Shown here in pieces: positions 8,628-19,080 of a stretch of 48,324 bases of DNA (its first letter is position 1; each line of letters opens with the position of its first letter). Origin of the DNA: a virus; the UHGV virus genome UHGV-0479444, one strand, 5' to 3'. Made by a program: the position numbers and the translations under genes. A model generated the notes under the pieces. It searched no databases and had not been told where the DNA came from. It saw nothing but the letters and a program-made list of their open reading frames with translations.

Positions 8628-10096
8628 TACAAATATACCTCCCGTATTTTTGCTTTAATATGCGGCGGTGGAGATGAAAAGGAAGAATAGCAGAACTGGA
8701 CTTCCGTTGTCCCCGGTGGAACTTTTGGATAATTGGATCCATTAATCTCATCTCCTTTTGCCGGCATCCCGTTTACATAGACCTTTGTACTCTCTCCGTC
8801 TATAGACACCACATCTCCGGCACGATACCGGTTCGGCACATCCTTATACTTATCGACATTGTCTTTCCGGAATCGGATGCTTTTTAAATAGTTGTGTGTG
8901 ACGTACTGGTTTGATAGATTTCGGTCTCCCCACTGCCCGATCCAGATCTGGATTTTTTCGCATTCCATATCCTTAATCTCTGGTATGTTTCGCTCCATAT
9001 AACTTCCATACCAGAAAATCCGCAGCTTTTCTCCCTCTTTTAAAAAGTCATTATGGCATCCCATTTTTAGGTTAAACGGATTGCCCTCGTAGGCTGTCGG
9101 CTGGAATTCTTCTCGTCTGATTAAGGTGTTCCCGGGGGCAAACCACTCGATACGTGCCGTATTTCCCGTGGAATCACTCTTGTTAATAGACATGGCACAG
9201 ATCACTTTGTTATCTCCGGTCAAAAAAGCGATTGTCTGTGCTCCTGTCTGCCCCATCAAGCCGGTTTCGAACCAGTGCTGGGTGTAACAGTAAAAGTTCT
9301 TCGCTCCACGTCTGCCCTCGCTGTCCACCGGGATAGTAAGGGTTTTCATTCCACCGTTCCAGTATCCGGATGTTGCTTGTCCACCTTTTAATGCCATCAC
9401 ATTGTATCCAGCAACATTCTTGACTTCAAGTGTTCCCTGTGTGGTGTTTTCCGGATTCTGATAAGAGGTCCCATGATCGTCTTGAAACAGACTGTAACCG
9501 TTAAACAGTTCTTCAGATGCTTCGTAATTCTCTCCGTCCGCCTCTTCTTGCTTGCCTAGCTGGATCACTCCATACTGGCTTACCAGTCCGATAAAGCCGT
9601 TTTCGTGCTGATGTGCGATCTCGTAGTCCACGTCTGCCCATTCGGTTCCGTTGTTTTGGATGGTGATTGTCTGGTAGCCGTCTTTTTGTACTCCGTCAAA
9701 GGAGAATTCTGCGGTAGAGTATGCTACTCCGTCCGGGATGAGCCATGTGATTGTTCCCTCTCCCAGAAATTCCGTTTCTTCACTGAATTCTAAAGTACCA
9801 CTTGGAATCGCATAAAAACATTTGTTCGGAACATTTCCAAACACTAACTTTTTTGGTTCATCTACTTTTAATGCTTTCTGTAAAGCATCGTACTTCTCTT
9901 CCAGATTACCCTCAATCGTAAACGGCATCACAATTTGTTTGTTCTCGTATGACGTGTAAGCAAAATCACTTCCATTCTGTTTTTCTGCCTTCACAAACGA
10001 TGGATTCCAGTCAGCACCGACAAACGGTGTAAATCCCTGTAGTACTTCGATGTACTTTCCTAATTCGATGTCATTGAACTTCACAGAAAGTGTCAT
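8627..10096 (-). CDS. Distal tail protein (Dit, siphovirus tail component) with C-terminal extension, 489 aa
   Basis: Position between tape measure and Tal. N-terminus MTLSVKFNDIELGKYIEV is typical of Dit. Overlaps neighbours by 1-4 nt. Confidence 0.7.
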   Translation of the reverse strand: MTLSVKFNDIELGKYIEVLQGFTPFVGADWNPSFVKAEKQNGSDFAYTSYENKQIVMPFTIEGNLEEKYDALQKALKVDEPKKLVFGNVPNKCFYAIPSGTLEFSEETEFLGEGTITWLIPDGVAYSTAEFSFDGVQKDGYQTITIQNNGTEWADVDYEIAHQHENGFIGLVSQYGVIQLGKQEEADGENYEASEELFNGYSLFQDDHGTSYQNPENTTQGTLEVKNVAGYNVMALKGGQATSGYWNGGMKTLTIPVDSEGRRGAKNFYCYTQHWFETGLMGQTGAQTIAFLTGDNKVICAMSINKSDSTGNTARIEWFAPGNTLIRREEFQPTAYEGNPFNLKMGCHNDFLKEGEKLRIFWYGSYMERNIPEIKDMECEKIQIWIGQWGDRNLSNQYVTHNYLKSIRFRKDNVDKYKDVPNRYRAGDVVSIDGESTKVYVNGMPAKGDEINGSNYPKVPPGTTEVQFCYSSFSSPPPHIKAKIREVYL

Positions 10097-13000
10097 GTAC
10101 GTTCTCCTTTCAGTAATTTCTTAAAATCTGTAATTCTTTGCTGTTCTGTCAGCATTGGAGCTGCTGTTTCTTTAATCAATTCTCTTCCATTCAGTGTTGT
10201 GCTTACTTCGATCGGACGTTTTGCCAGATCAGAAAGTCCTGCCACTGCACTCATAATCGCCTGATTCTGCTGCTGAAGCTTTCTGATTTCTGCGTTATCC
10301 ATCTTGTACTGCATAACAGATGTTACTGGACGATTCGCTACTCTGGATGCATTAAAAGCCATGACCTCTCGCATCCGTGCTGAAACAGTAGATAGGTCAA
10401 TAGATTCCAGTGCTGCGTTTGAAATATTTCGGGAAGATTTTACAACTGACTTTTCTTCATCCTTAATACCCAACGCCAGACCTTTACTGAAGAATTGACC
10501 AAATTCCCTTGTCTTTTTGGATGGGGAACGCTCATCAAGTTCCCTTTTCGCTGCTGCCAGTGCAGAAGAAGCAACTGCGATAGCTGCGGAAATAGCCGCG
10601 GAGCTTCCAGCCGAAATACCATTGGCAAGACCATAGGAAAAATTCAATCCCTGATCGTATGCCTCGCTTTTCATTCCAACGCCCTTTAAACCAGATACCG
10701 CTCCGTCTCCCAGGCTTTTACTGGATGACTCCACGTTTTTCTTTCCGGAATCAATCCCACTCTTTAAACCATCACCAAGTTTCTTTCCTTCCTGTTTTCC
10801 TTTTTCGGAAAGCTTGACATTTGACAATGCCACCGCTGCATTGCCGCCTAATGTAGATGCCGCCGCATTTACTGATCCAGAACCACCAACAATTCCATTT
10901 GCAAGCGCGTTTGCAATCTGACTTCCCATTGCCTGCGCTTGTCCCGAAACATTTGCAGATGAAAGTCCTGATAAAGCCGCATTTTCCAATCCTGATGCAG
11001 CCGCCTGCACAACTGGGGCTTGACCGCTCAAAGAGGATGACAGTCCAAAACCTACGTTGTTTCCAAATCCTGCCGTAGCTGACAACATATCCATGCCATT
11101 CAGTCCTTGTGGAATCTGACCGCCTAAGGAAGCCGCTGCCGTCAATACGGCATTGGAATTCGCATGCAACGCATCAATTAGAGACTGTGTTGCCTCACTT
11201 CCTTTGCTGGAAGGAACCGTTGTCGTATCTGTAGTACTTGCACCTGTATTGATCTCATTCACAGCGCTTTTTGCTGCTTCATTGATCGCAGTTTTTCCAC
11301 TGTTTACAGAATTCGCAGTACTATCCGCCGCCTCTTTTCCTTTTTGAGCAGGAACCGTAGAAGTATCTGCCTCTGCCGCTCCCTCACTGACGCCACCCTC
11401 GATAGTGTCTTTTGCTGCTTGCTTCACTGGTTCTTTTCCCTCTTGTAAAGCGTTCGTTGCAGCTTCTGTGGTTTCTTTCGCTTCTTGGGCTGCTGCTTCT
11501 GGATTGCCTGAATTTCCGAGTAATTGATTGATTTCATTTTGATAAGCTTCAATCGAAGCGATATTATTAGTAGATCCCTTTTCGTATTCAATTTGAGCCA
11601 TGAGCCACATGATACGAGCTTGAGTCACCATTTCATTCGTTACTCCAGAACCTTTTTCCGCCGCTGCTGCACGCATATCGTCATAACTTTGCAGAAAACT
11701 TTCAGCTTGTTCTTTCAAAGCTTCTTCGCTCGCTTCCCCAGCGCGTTTCATATCATTTGCCAATGCCAAAACAGAAAGAGCGGCATTTTCACTTCCGGAT
11801 TCAACTGCCCCCATTGCGGCTTCGTAATTTGATATCGTAGTCAAATACTCATTGGAAGCAGTTTTCGCATTATCAAATGCCTTTTCCGCTTCAAGTAATT
11901 CTGCATCAGCTTCCATCTGTGCTTGTTGAAGACGCATGATTTCAAAAGAACCTGCTGCCTGTTCTGTAGTCATTGACGCAGTGGCATCTTCCAACTTTCT
12001 TGTTGCTTCTTCGGATGCTCTTAGTGCCTCAGAATAATCGTCAAATGTGCGAGAAACTTCTTTTGCTGCTTGTGTCTGATTCTTTATCGCTGTAGTATAA
12101 TCATCCTCATAAGCGGACAATATTGCCTCTGCTTTTTTCTTTTGAATAACTTGATCTATGGATTGCGTTAACTCACCATACTTCTGTATTACTCCATCTG
12201 TCGTTTCAATCTCTACGCCAAGTGCTTCGGATAATGTGGATGTAATAAAGGCTGCACGTTCCTCATATCCTTCCTTTATCTTCCCATTTTGGTCAACAAT
12301 TCCCTGTAACTCATCCCATAGTTGCTGATAATAACCAAACTGCGTCTGAATTCCGGCAACTTCATCTTGTCTTGCAGCCTGAGTTTCTCGGATTGCTTCT
12401 GCCTGCTCTGCCAGTTTTTTATTGGCTTTATCTGTAGCAGACTCCGCTTCTTTCTGCGTCAAAGCATAAACACCAAGACCTGCTGCCAGAGCTGCTACCG
12501 CAGAAATCACAAGACCAATCGGATTCGCTTTCATAGCAACGTTCCAAAGAGTTTGTGCTTTTGTGGCTAAATTCACCTTTCCTGTAAACATGCCAACAAC
12601 TGCTTGCCCGGCTGTAAGTGTAGCGTTTGTTGCAACACCACTTTCCATAGCCAGAAGCTGTGCAGCATAGTAAGCATCCACTGCTGCAGAAGCGGTCTTC
12701 CATGTTTTCACACCTTTTTTCAATATAGATGTTGTTTCATTGACAACTTTGTACCCCTTAAAAGCGGTAAAAGCTGCCGTTGCTGATGCTGCGATCAAGT
12801 CCAGATTCTCTCCTGCAAAGTCCAGCGCCTTTGTCAGCGGCGGGAGCGCTTTATCAGCCAGATTTCCAACAGCATCTACTACATTACTTAAAGTATCAAC
12901 CGCTGTTTCTCCAGCTTCCCTCAAGCCACCGTCACTCAATGACTCTGCCACTGCATCAATCGCATCCTCAACCGGCTCTTGCAGTTTGGATGGTAACAAC

Positions 13001-14310
13001 TCTGCCAAACCGGATGCCATAGACTCCGCCATCTCTCCGGCCGCACCGAGAATTCTTCCTTTGTTCGAAGCAATTCCAGAAGCAAATGCTTCTATAAAAT
13101 CAACTGCTGTGTCTACCATTTCTGGGGCATGGGATGCTGCTTCTACTGCAAGATTTGCAAATTCATCACCTGCTGTCTGGATTGCTTCATTCAGACCACC
13201 GTTGTTGAAAGAATCTGTAATATTGTTGATGCTTTCTGTTGCCGTATTTGCTGCATTTTTCAGATTGTTTGCTACGCTGTTGTAAAACGCCAGCCCCAAT
13301 GTTTCTGCTGATCCACTAAGCTGCTCCAACGCACCAGATAGATTGTCCTGCATCGTTTCTGCAGCCTTTTGTGCTTCACCATCACAACTCCTGTATGCCT
13401 CTGTCAATTCTCCTAGAGAACCTTCTCCCTCATTGATCAATGCCAGCATACCGGACAATGCTTCTTGTCCATACAGGGTGACCAGATAATTATTTTTCTG
13501 CTCATCCGTCATTCCCTCTGTTGCCTGTCTGAGCATTCCAACCTGTTCCGTCAGGGATTTCATTTTCCCGTTGGAATCGTAGAAGGAAATTCCAAGTTCA
13601 TCCATAGCCTCAGACATGTCTTTCGTTGGCTTTGAAAGCCGTGATAACGCTCCTCTTAAAGAAGTACCAGCCTGACTGCCATTCACTCCGGCATTCGCCA
13701 TGATTCCGATTGCCGCTGCTGTCTCTTCCAAACTAAGTCCTGCTGCCCTTGCAAGAGGAGCTATATACTTCATTGCCTCTCCGGTATCTGCTACAGAGGA
13801 ATTCGTACGGTTTGCATTCGCCGCCAGAACATCCGCAACGTGTGCTGCATCGGATGCCGCCAGTCCAAATCCTCTTAACGTTGATGCTGCAATATCCGAA
13901 CTGCTCGCCAGATCTTCACCGGATGCCGCTGCCAGATTTAAAAGTCCCGGCATTGCATTCATGATCTCGGATGTGGTAAAACCAGCTGCTGCCAGATTCT
14001 CCATTCCCTCTGCTGCCTGACTAGCAGAAAATGAGGTATCAGCACCTAACTGCATTGCCTGTGCCTTTAATTGCTCGAATTCTTCTCCTGTTGCTCCGGA
14101 GATAGCCTTAACTCTAGACATCTGAGATTCAAAATCAGAACCCACCTTGATTGCCGCTGCTGCAACTCCACCAAGTGCTGCTGCAGTTCCCGTGATCGCT
14201 ACCGTTGCCGCTTTCATCCCTTTTGCTGTTATACTCCCAAGCTTGGAAAGTCCTTTTTCTATCCCGGAAGAATCCAGATCGGTTTCAATTACAACTTTTC
14301 CATCTGCCAT
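10093..14310 (-). CDS. Tail tape measure protein, 1405 aa
   Basis: Very long Ala/Gly/Ser/Glu-rich coiled-coil protein upstream of Dit. Size and composition typical of a tape measure protein. Confidence 0.85.
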   Translation of the reverse strand: MADGKVVIETDLDSSGIEKGLSKLGSITAKGMKAATVAITGTAAALGGVAAAAIKVGSDFESQMSRVKAISGATGEEFEQLKAQAMQLGADTSFSASQAAEGMENLAAAGFTTSEIMNAMPGLLNLAAASGEDLASSSDIAASTLRGFGLAASDAAHVADVLAANANRTNSSVADTGEAMKYIAPLARAAGLSLEETAAAIGIMANAGVNGSQAGTSLRGALSRLSKPTKDMSEAMDELGISFYDSNGKMKSLTEQVGMLRQATEGMTDEQKNNYLVTLYGQEALSGMLALINEGEGSLGELTEAYRSCDGEAQKAAETMQDNLSGALEQLSGSAETLGLAFYNSVANNLKNAANTATESINNITDSFNNGGLNEAIQTAGDEFANLAVEAASHAPEMVDTAVDFIEAFASGIASNKGRILGAAGEMAESMASGLAELLPSKLQEPVEDAIDAVAESLSDGGLREAGETAVDTLSNVVDAVGNLADKALPPLTKALDFAGENLDLIAASATAAFTAFKGYKVVNETTSILKKGVKTWKTASAAVDAYYAAQLLAMESGVATNATLTAGQAVVGMFTGKVNLATKAQTLWNVAMKANPIGLVISAVAALAAGLGVYALTQKEAESATDKANKKLAEQAEAIRETQAARQDEVAGIQTQFGYYQQLWDELQGIVDQNGKIKEGYEERAAFITSTLSEALGVEIETTDGVIQKYGELTQSIDQVIQKKKAEAILSAYEDDYTTAIKNQTQAAKEVSRTFDDYSEALRASEEATRKLEDATASMTTEQAAGSFEIMRLQQAQMEADAELLEAEKAFDNAKTASNEYLTTISNYEAAMGAVESGSENAALSVLALANDMKRAGEASEEALKEQAESFLQSYDDMRAAAAEKGSGVTNEMVTQARIMWLMAQIEYEKGSTNNIASIEAYQNEINQLLGNSGNPEAAAQEAKETTEAATNALQEGKEPVKQAAKDTIEGGVSEGAAEADTSTVPAQKGKEAADSTANSVNSGKTAINEAAKSAVNEINTGASTTDTTTVPSSKGSEATQSLIDALHANSNAVLTAAASLGGQIPQGLNGMDMLSATAGFGNNVGFGLSSSLSGQAPVVQAAASGLENAALSGLSSANVSGQAQAMGSQIANALANGIVGGSGSVNAAASTLGGNAAVALSNVKLSEKGKQEGKKLGDGLKSGIDSGKKNVESSSKSLGDGAVSGLKGVGMKSEAYDQGLNFSYGLANGISAGSSAAISAAIAVASSALAAAKRELDERSPSKKTREFGQFFSKGLALGIKDEEKSVVKSSRNISNAALESIDLSTVSARMREVMAFNASRVANRPVTSVMQYKMDNAEIRKLQQQNQAIMSAVAGLSDLAKRPIEVSTTLNGRELIKETAAPMLTEQQRITDFKKLLKGERT

Positions 14311-14390
14311 TTACTCACCACCTCGTGTTAAAAATTTGTATAAAAAGAGCACCTACCATTTCTGATAGATGCCCTGATTACTGTATTTAG

Positions 14391-14534
14391 TTATTTGACC
14401 GGATTTCCAGTACAGCCTTGCATAAAGGCATATACGCGATTTATATGACATTCGTCCATTTCTTTCAGCTTGCTGATAATGAAGTTCTTCTTATATTTAG
14501 CCGCTGTGCTTAATTTCTCTCTATTCTCTTTCAT
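14391..14534 (-). CDS. Hypothetical small protein (47 aa)
   Basis: ATG overlaps the upstream stop (TAATG). No domain. Located just before the tape measure protein. Confidence 0.3.
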   Translation of the reverse strand: MKENREKLSTAAKYKKNFIISKLKEMDECHINRVYAFMQGCTGNPVK

Positions 14535-14953
14535 TACGCCACCTCACTACTTGCCAGATTTTTAGCGAACCGTTCTACAAGTTCCAAACACTCTTCATTT
14601 TCCATATTCTCCACAATCTTCACAATGGATTTCTTACGATCACACTGCTCTGTATCTGGAAGTCTGTCACGTTTATCCAAATACCTGTATAAGATTGCTT
14701 CTATCTGGCGTTTAATTTTATAATCTTCTAATCTTAACTGCGACAAAAGGCTCTGCAACTGATTATTCTCCGCTTTAGTCTTATTCACTTTTTCTGCTCT
14801 CTGCGCTTGCATATATCCGAATCTGAATGACGATAAAGCAAGATCAAATTCACTTGGAGCATGGTTCAACAAATCTTCTGCCTGTTCAAATTTCATTCTA
14901 AATGCAACAGGGATCATCAAGTTTTCTCTCTTAATTTTTTCATATAAATTCAT
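14534..14953 (-). CDS. Hypothetical protein (139 aa)
   Basis: Start MNLYEK at 14953 with GGAGGTGG RBS. Coiled-coil/charged. No motif. Confidence 0.5.
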   Translation of the reverse strand: MNLYEKIKRENLMIPVAFRMKFEQAEDLLNHAPSEFDLALSSFRFGYMQAQRAEKVNKTKAENNQLQSLLSQLRLEDYKIKRQIEAILYRYLDKRDRLPDTEQCDRKKSIVKIVENMENEECLELVERFAKNLASSEVA

Positions 14954-14954
14954 C

Positions 14955-15782
14955 TTACGCCACCTCCTGATATACAACTTTGCATTTATTTGTATTACCA
15001 TTTGATAACCGATGCTCAATGAGTGTGGGATACCCATTTTCCTCCAGCCATTCTTTTACTTTCTGGAAAACAGAATCTTTATATTGAACAGTAACGCCGT
15101 CATGTCCATTCCTGCTATAAGCTGTCTTTACAATTTCGTCCTCTGAAACATCCAACTTCTGAATGATAGCACTTACTGCCTTATCGTGTGGTCTGCCACT
15201 TTCCGATAAAATACCAAACTCTTTCGCCATCGTAGTACAATCCCACAAGACCGGAACTTCTGAAACCAGCGGCACTTTCACTGGATACCCGTTGTCTGAA
15301 TAAATACGGATAATTTCAGCAGCTATGTACTTAGAGTCTACTCCTGCATCATTGAGAGCACCTTTGATGTTCTTTACCATTTGATTGACTGATGGGAGTT
15401 TTTCTTTGTGGGCAGGTTTCTTCTTTGGCATTTCATAGGAGCCCGTCTTTCTGATAGACGGAATAACATCCAGCGCAAGCCAGTTTTGAAATTTTTCAGC
15501 TGCTGGGTTGCTTGCCTTCATTCCAAGACGATAAAACAGTGATTCTGGAATGTAATCATCTTTCGCCCACTTGTGGGCGAAGCCACATTCTTCGCTAAAA
15601 CCATTCATTCTTTCCCATCTGATAGATGTATACTCTTTCCCATTTCTCTTTTCAGTTCTACACCATCCGAATCCAATTGCAGTATCTTCTGCACTAATAG
15701 AAATACTTCCATCTGGATTTGGCAACGTTCTTACTTGTAATCCCAATTCCTTATTATTAAATACTTGTACGTTATTTCCCAT
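14955..15782 (-). CDS. Bro-N/ORF6N-type phage antirepressor-like protein (275 aa)
   Basis: N-terminus VFNNKELGLQVRTLPNPDGSISISAEDTAIGFGW resembles Bro-N/ORF6N DNA-binding domains. Followed by a C-terminal antirepressor-like region. Confidence 0.6.
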   Translation of the reverse strand: MGNNVQVFNNKELGLQVRTLPNPDGSISISAEDTAIGFGWCRTEKRNGKEYTSIRWERMNGFSEECGFAHKWAKDDYIPESLFYRLGMKASNPAAEKFQNWLALDVIPSIRKTGSYEMPKKKPAHKEKLPSVNQMVKNIKGALNDAGVDSKYIAAEIIRIYSDNGYPVKVPLVSEVPVLWDCTTMAKEFGILSESGRPHDKAVSAIIQKLDVSEDEIVKTAYSRNGHDGVTVQYKDSVFQKVKEWLEENGYPTLIEHRLSNGNTNKCKVVYQEVA

Positions 15783-15794
15783 GATCGATTCCTC

Positions 15795-16466
15795 CTACTT
15801 ATTTGAAACTACACTAAACAATTTTCTCAATCTTCTTTTTGGCTTCTGAACTTTATATCTCTCACCTGTTTCGTTATTCACCAGATAATTTCCTTCCTTA
15901 TGATAGGTAGGAATAGAAATACCTTGTTCTTCCATGAATTCTACGAAAATATCACGTCCACCATTTAGACGGTGCATCTGATTGATGATTCCCATCCAAT
16001 GAATTGCGTATTCCATAATGTGAGGATTCCAGTACTCCAGTAAAAACTCGCTGGCTTTTTCCTCTCCGATAGGTGCATCATATCCCAAACGTGCCATATA
16101 ATCTTTGGTATAGAAATAATCTTTACACCCATATTTTTCACCATCATAGTCCTTGGCAATAGGAAATATCTCCATGAACTGTCTCGGTGTGATTTTTGCA
16201 ACCATCTGATTGATAAATTCTACAATGAAGAACCACGATTGTGTTTCCTGTTGAGAGCAGTCAGAATTATTGTCAAAAACATGTTCAATAAATTTAATGG
16301 ACAGGTATAATATTTGTTTGAATTGATCCGGTCTTTCCTGCCAGAGTCTTTCTAAATCATAACCGCCATTTGCATCTGTAATTCGCTCCAACGCTCTTGC
16401 GTAGTGTTCTCTTTTCGGCTTGTAATCGATCAGTTTCTTTCCATCTAATACATAGAAATTGTACAT
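15795..16466 (-). CDS. Hypothetical protein (224 aa)
   Basis: ATG at 16466 with AAAGGAG RBS 7 nt upstream. No domain recognised. Confidence 0.55.
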   Translation of the reverse strand: MYNFYVLDGKKLIDYKPKREHYARALERITDANGGYDLERLWQERPDQFKQILYLSIKFIEHVFDNNSDCSQQETQSWFFIVEFINQMVAKITPRQFMEIFPIAKDYDGEKYGCKDYFYTKDYMARLGYDAPIGEEKASEFLLEYWNPHIMEYAIHWMGIINQMHRLNGGRDIFVEFMEEQGISIPTYHKEGNYLVNNETGERYKVQKPKRRLRKLFSVVSNK

Positions 16467-16589
16467 AAAATTTCTCCTTTTCATTGATTTCACGAAAAGG
16501 ATGTGTTATATTATAAATAGCACAACCTTTTCGTTGTGTTTTTTCATTAGAGATTCGTTAAACTTGGTAGGTGGGCGAATCTCTTTTTT

Positions 16590-16781
16590 CTATTGTTTGA
16601 ATTTGTCAAGTACGATTTCATCATAAATTTTCTTAATACCTCTTCTTATGATGTCCGCCTTTGTTAATCCGGTTTTACTACTACAAAACTCCAGCATATT
16701 CGCTTCTTGCTCTGATAGTCTTATCCTCGTGTCAATATTTTTCGGATTCTTTGACGGCGGCCTCCCTTTTGCTGGTGACAT
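16590..16781 (-). CDS. Small DNA-binding protein, probable ribbon-helix-helix (63 aa)
   Basis: Motif RIRLSEQEANMLEFCSSKTGLTKADIIRRGIKKIY fits a beta-strand plus two helices (RHH-like). Has its own promoter and AAAGGAG RBS. Confidence 0.45.
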   Translation of the reverse strand: MSPAKGRPPSKNPKNIDTRIRLSEQEANMLEFCSSKTGLTKADIIRRGIKKIYDEIVLDKFKQ

Positions 16782-16832
16782 CTCGCTTCTCCTTTCTGGT
16801 TACACAATTATTTATTTAACGGTTACACATTT

Positions 16833-16861
16833 AATATAACAATCGTATAGCAAGATGTCAA
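16833..16861 (-). promoter_or_regulatory. Sigma70-type promoter (TTGACA-17-TATATT) driving the RHH gene
   Basis: - strand TTGACA (16861-16856) and TATATT (16838-16833) with a 17-nt spacer. Two direct TGTGTAACC repeats (16798-16806, 16821-16829) lie between the -10 and the RBS. Confidence 0.55.
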
Positions 16862-17018
16862 GAGGTTTTTCAAAATTTTCCCATCCTACCTTATGGAATT
16901 AAAATAAGACACAGCATTTCGCCATGTCTTTCTGTTCTTTCCGGGGAGATCAGGAACATGCCCTGAAAGGACTCCTCCCCAATATTCAATTAACTTCATT
17001 TATGTTCTCCTTAAAATT

Positions 17019-17051
17019 GGGTATAAGAAAACCACCTACTTATGCAGGTGG
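17019..17051 (-). terminator. Rho-independent terminator after the 183-aa lipoprotein gene
   Basis: - strand hairpin CCACCTGCATAAGTAGGTGG followed by TTTTCTTAT. Confidence 0.55.
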
Positions 17052-17081
17052 CACCGTTCGTATTTTGTATTTCATAAACTA

Positions 17082-17633
17082 CTATGATGTTTTTGGAGTT
17101 ATACTAAATAACGGACTCGGAAAAGATACTTGCTTAATTTTGTAATCACCTATTTCTAACTCCGTAATTTCATTTGACACCATACTGGCTATCTGCTCTA
17201 TTTCATCATCAGAAAACTTAAATTCTGACAGATATACAATTCCTGTAAGCAATTCTGCATATTCATCAAGTTCCCCTTCTCCTATCGATAAGTATAACCT
17301 CTTCAATTTTTCTTTGTCCAGATCATATGTAAAGGCTAATTCCACTCCAGTAGCACTGTTGTACGATACAGTGAAAATATTTTCATCCACTTTCGCATCC
17401 TTAAGTTGAAGTTCCGGACTCTCGACAACACCTGCTCTCAGCATATTTTCTGGCAACTGCGTAGTTACAATCTCCGCAATATTGCTTGTAATCTCTGCTT
17501 GATTATCGAGTCTTTCTTTTTCCAATCCATTTGTTTGCTTAATATTTTCAGTGCCTTCTTTCTTATTGCTACATCCAACTGCTAAACTGCAAGACATACA
17601 AATAAGCAATAGAGCACAAAGTATTCTATTCAT
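17082..17633 (-). CDS. Lipoprotein (183 aa), moron
   Basis: Signal peptide with lipobox LAVGC. Its own terminator downstream. Confidence 0.7.
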   Translation of the reverse strand: MNRILCALLLICMSCSLAVGCSNKKEGTENIKQTNGLEKERLDNQAEITSNIAEIVTTQLPENMLRAGVVESPELQLKDAKVDENIFTVSYNSATGVELAFTYDLDKEKLKRLYLSIGEGELDEYAELLTGIVYLSEFKFSDDEIEQIASMVSNEITELEIGDYKIKQVSFPSPLFSITPKTS

Positions 17634-17700
17634 AATTTTTCTCCTGTATTTTATATTGCATCATTATGTGTAAAGGCGGATAATTCGTATCTTACTTCTG

Positions 17701-17731
17701 CGAAAAAATCTGACTGGGGAATTTTCCCCAG
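17701..17731 (-). terminator. Rho-independent terminator after the 368-aa lipoprotein gene
   Basis: - strand hairpin CTGGGGAAAATTCCCCAG followed by TCAGATTTTTTCG. Confidence 0.55.
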
Positions 17732-17793
17732 TGAAAGTTGTTTGCAATATCTACGAATATCTTTTATCAAGTCATTGTGTGCTTTTTCTATAC

Positions 17794-18900
17794 TTACTGT
17801 GCAACGATCTGCGCTCTGCTTAATTTTAAATACTGTCCATCCTGTACTGTCAAATACACTTCTCCTTCGAAGTTGTCATTTGCAATTATCGTTCCTAAAT
17901 CTCCTGTTGAGTTAGCGGTAACTTCATAATAGCCGCCATTCGCAGCTGATACTTTATACTCTCCTGCCGGAATATCTTTTCCTACAAGATACATTCCATC
18001 TGGATATGTACCATTAACCGGAGTGAATGCAGCCGCCTCACTGACGGGAACTGCCGTTCCGTCAAACTGGAAATACTGTCCGTCTTGTACTGTAACATAG
18101 GCTCTATTCCTATAATTGTCATTGCTGATGATTGATTCCAAACTTCCGCTGGAATCGGCTGTCACTGCATAATAGCCGCCAGAAGATGTGATAAGATATT
18201 CTCCCGCCGGCATGTCTGTACCTATTTTGTACATTCCGGTTTGATATCCAACCGGCTCCTCTACTTCGCTCTCTGGAGTTGCTTTAAACTGATCTGCTAT
18301 CGCTTTTTCCTTCAAGTATTGCTCGTAATCTTCTTTTGTTTCATCGTCTCTTTCTACTTGCAGTCTATACTCATAATCTGGATCTGTTCCAGATTTAGTC
18401 AGAAAGTAAGTAACACCTTCTATCACTTCATGCTTTGAGTCTCCGATATCTGTTCCCATATTCTTTAAATTTTCTGCTGATAAGTATGTCAAAAAATCTC
18501 CCAAATCAGCAGATAATACATCTGTTATCATTAACGCCATAATCCCTACGCCAACAAAAGTCGTTTCATCCTTTGCTGTGGTAGATACTATTGTTATGTT
18601 GCTGTTTTCATTCCCAATTAACGTCATAAAACTTCCATTAGAGCTATCAACCAATGTTTCTAATTTTCCACCATCATCCAAAGTACTTACACCAGAGGAT
18701 GTAAAGTTGCATTTTCCTCCTGCTTGTAGTGTGGCCAATACTTCGTGCGCATCATCAAAAGTTCTGTCAAAAGGTAACTCAATTTCGCTTTCTTCTTCCT
18801 TTTTGCTCTCCACCTCACCAGCATCTTTCTTCTCCCCACATCCTGTCAGCATCCCCACACAAAGAACTGCTGCCAGCAAGACACTTAGTACTCTCTTCAT
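17794..18900 (-). CDS. Lipoprotein (368 aa) with tandemly duplicated ~70-aa C-terminal domain
   Basis: Signal peptide with lipobox LTGC. Two homologous segments: ...YKIGTDMPAGEYLITSSGGYYAVTADSSGSLESIISNDNY...VTVQDGQYFQF and ...YLVGKDIPAGEYKVSAANGGYYEVTANSTGDLGTIIANDNF...LTVQDGQYLKL. Confidence 0.7.
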   Translation of the reverse strand: MKRVLSVLLAAVLCVGMLTGCGEKKDAGEVESKKEEESEIELPFDRTFDDAHEVLATLQAGGKCNFTSSGVSTLDDGGKLETLVDSSNGSFMTLIGNENSNITIVSTTAKDETTFVGVGIMALMITDVLSADLGDFLTYLSAENLKNMGTDIGDSKHEVIEGVTYFLTKSGTDPDYEYRLQVERDDETKEDYEQYLKEKAIADQFKATPESEVEEPVGYQTGMYKIGTDMPAGEYLITSSGGYYAVTADSSGSLESIISNDNYRNRAYVTVQDGQYFQFDGTAVPVSEAAAFTPVNGTYPDGMYLVGKDIPAGEYKVSAANGGYYEVTANSTGDLGTIIANDNFEGEVYLTVQDGQYLKLSRAQIVAQ

Positions 18901-19037
18901 AACCTTCCTCCTACCCTATACCATTCACCACATACATATTATACCGTGAGGACTGTGGAATCGCAAGGATGGAATATGGTGGAGAGATCGCCACCTCATG
19001 CTTTATTTCATGATAACGTGGTAATCTCATCACTACG

Positions 19038-19070
19038 TTTAAAATAAAATACCGCCGGACATCCAGCGGT
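19038..19070 (-). terminator. Rho-independent terminator downstream of the 168-aa gene and repeat element
   Basis: - strand hairpin ACCGCTGGATGTCCGGCGGT followed by ATTTTATTTT. Confidence 0.55.
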
Positions 19071-19080
19071 TAAATCATTC

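Noticed and set aside
10138-14390. Many + strand ORFs antisense to the tape-measure gene (e.g. 12740-13285, 181 aa)
   Set aside because: They are antisense to a GC/Ala-rich repetitive gene that generates long stop-free frames. They have no RBS and low-complexity translations.
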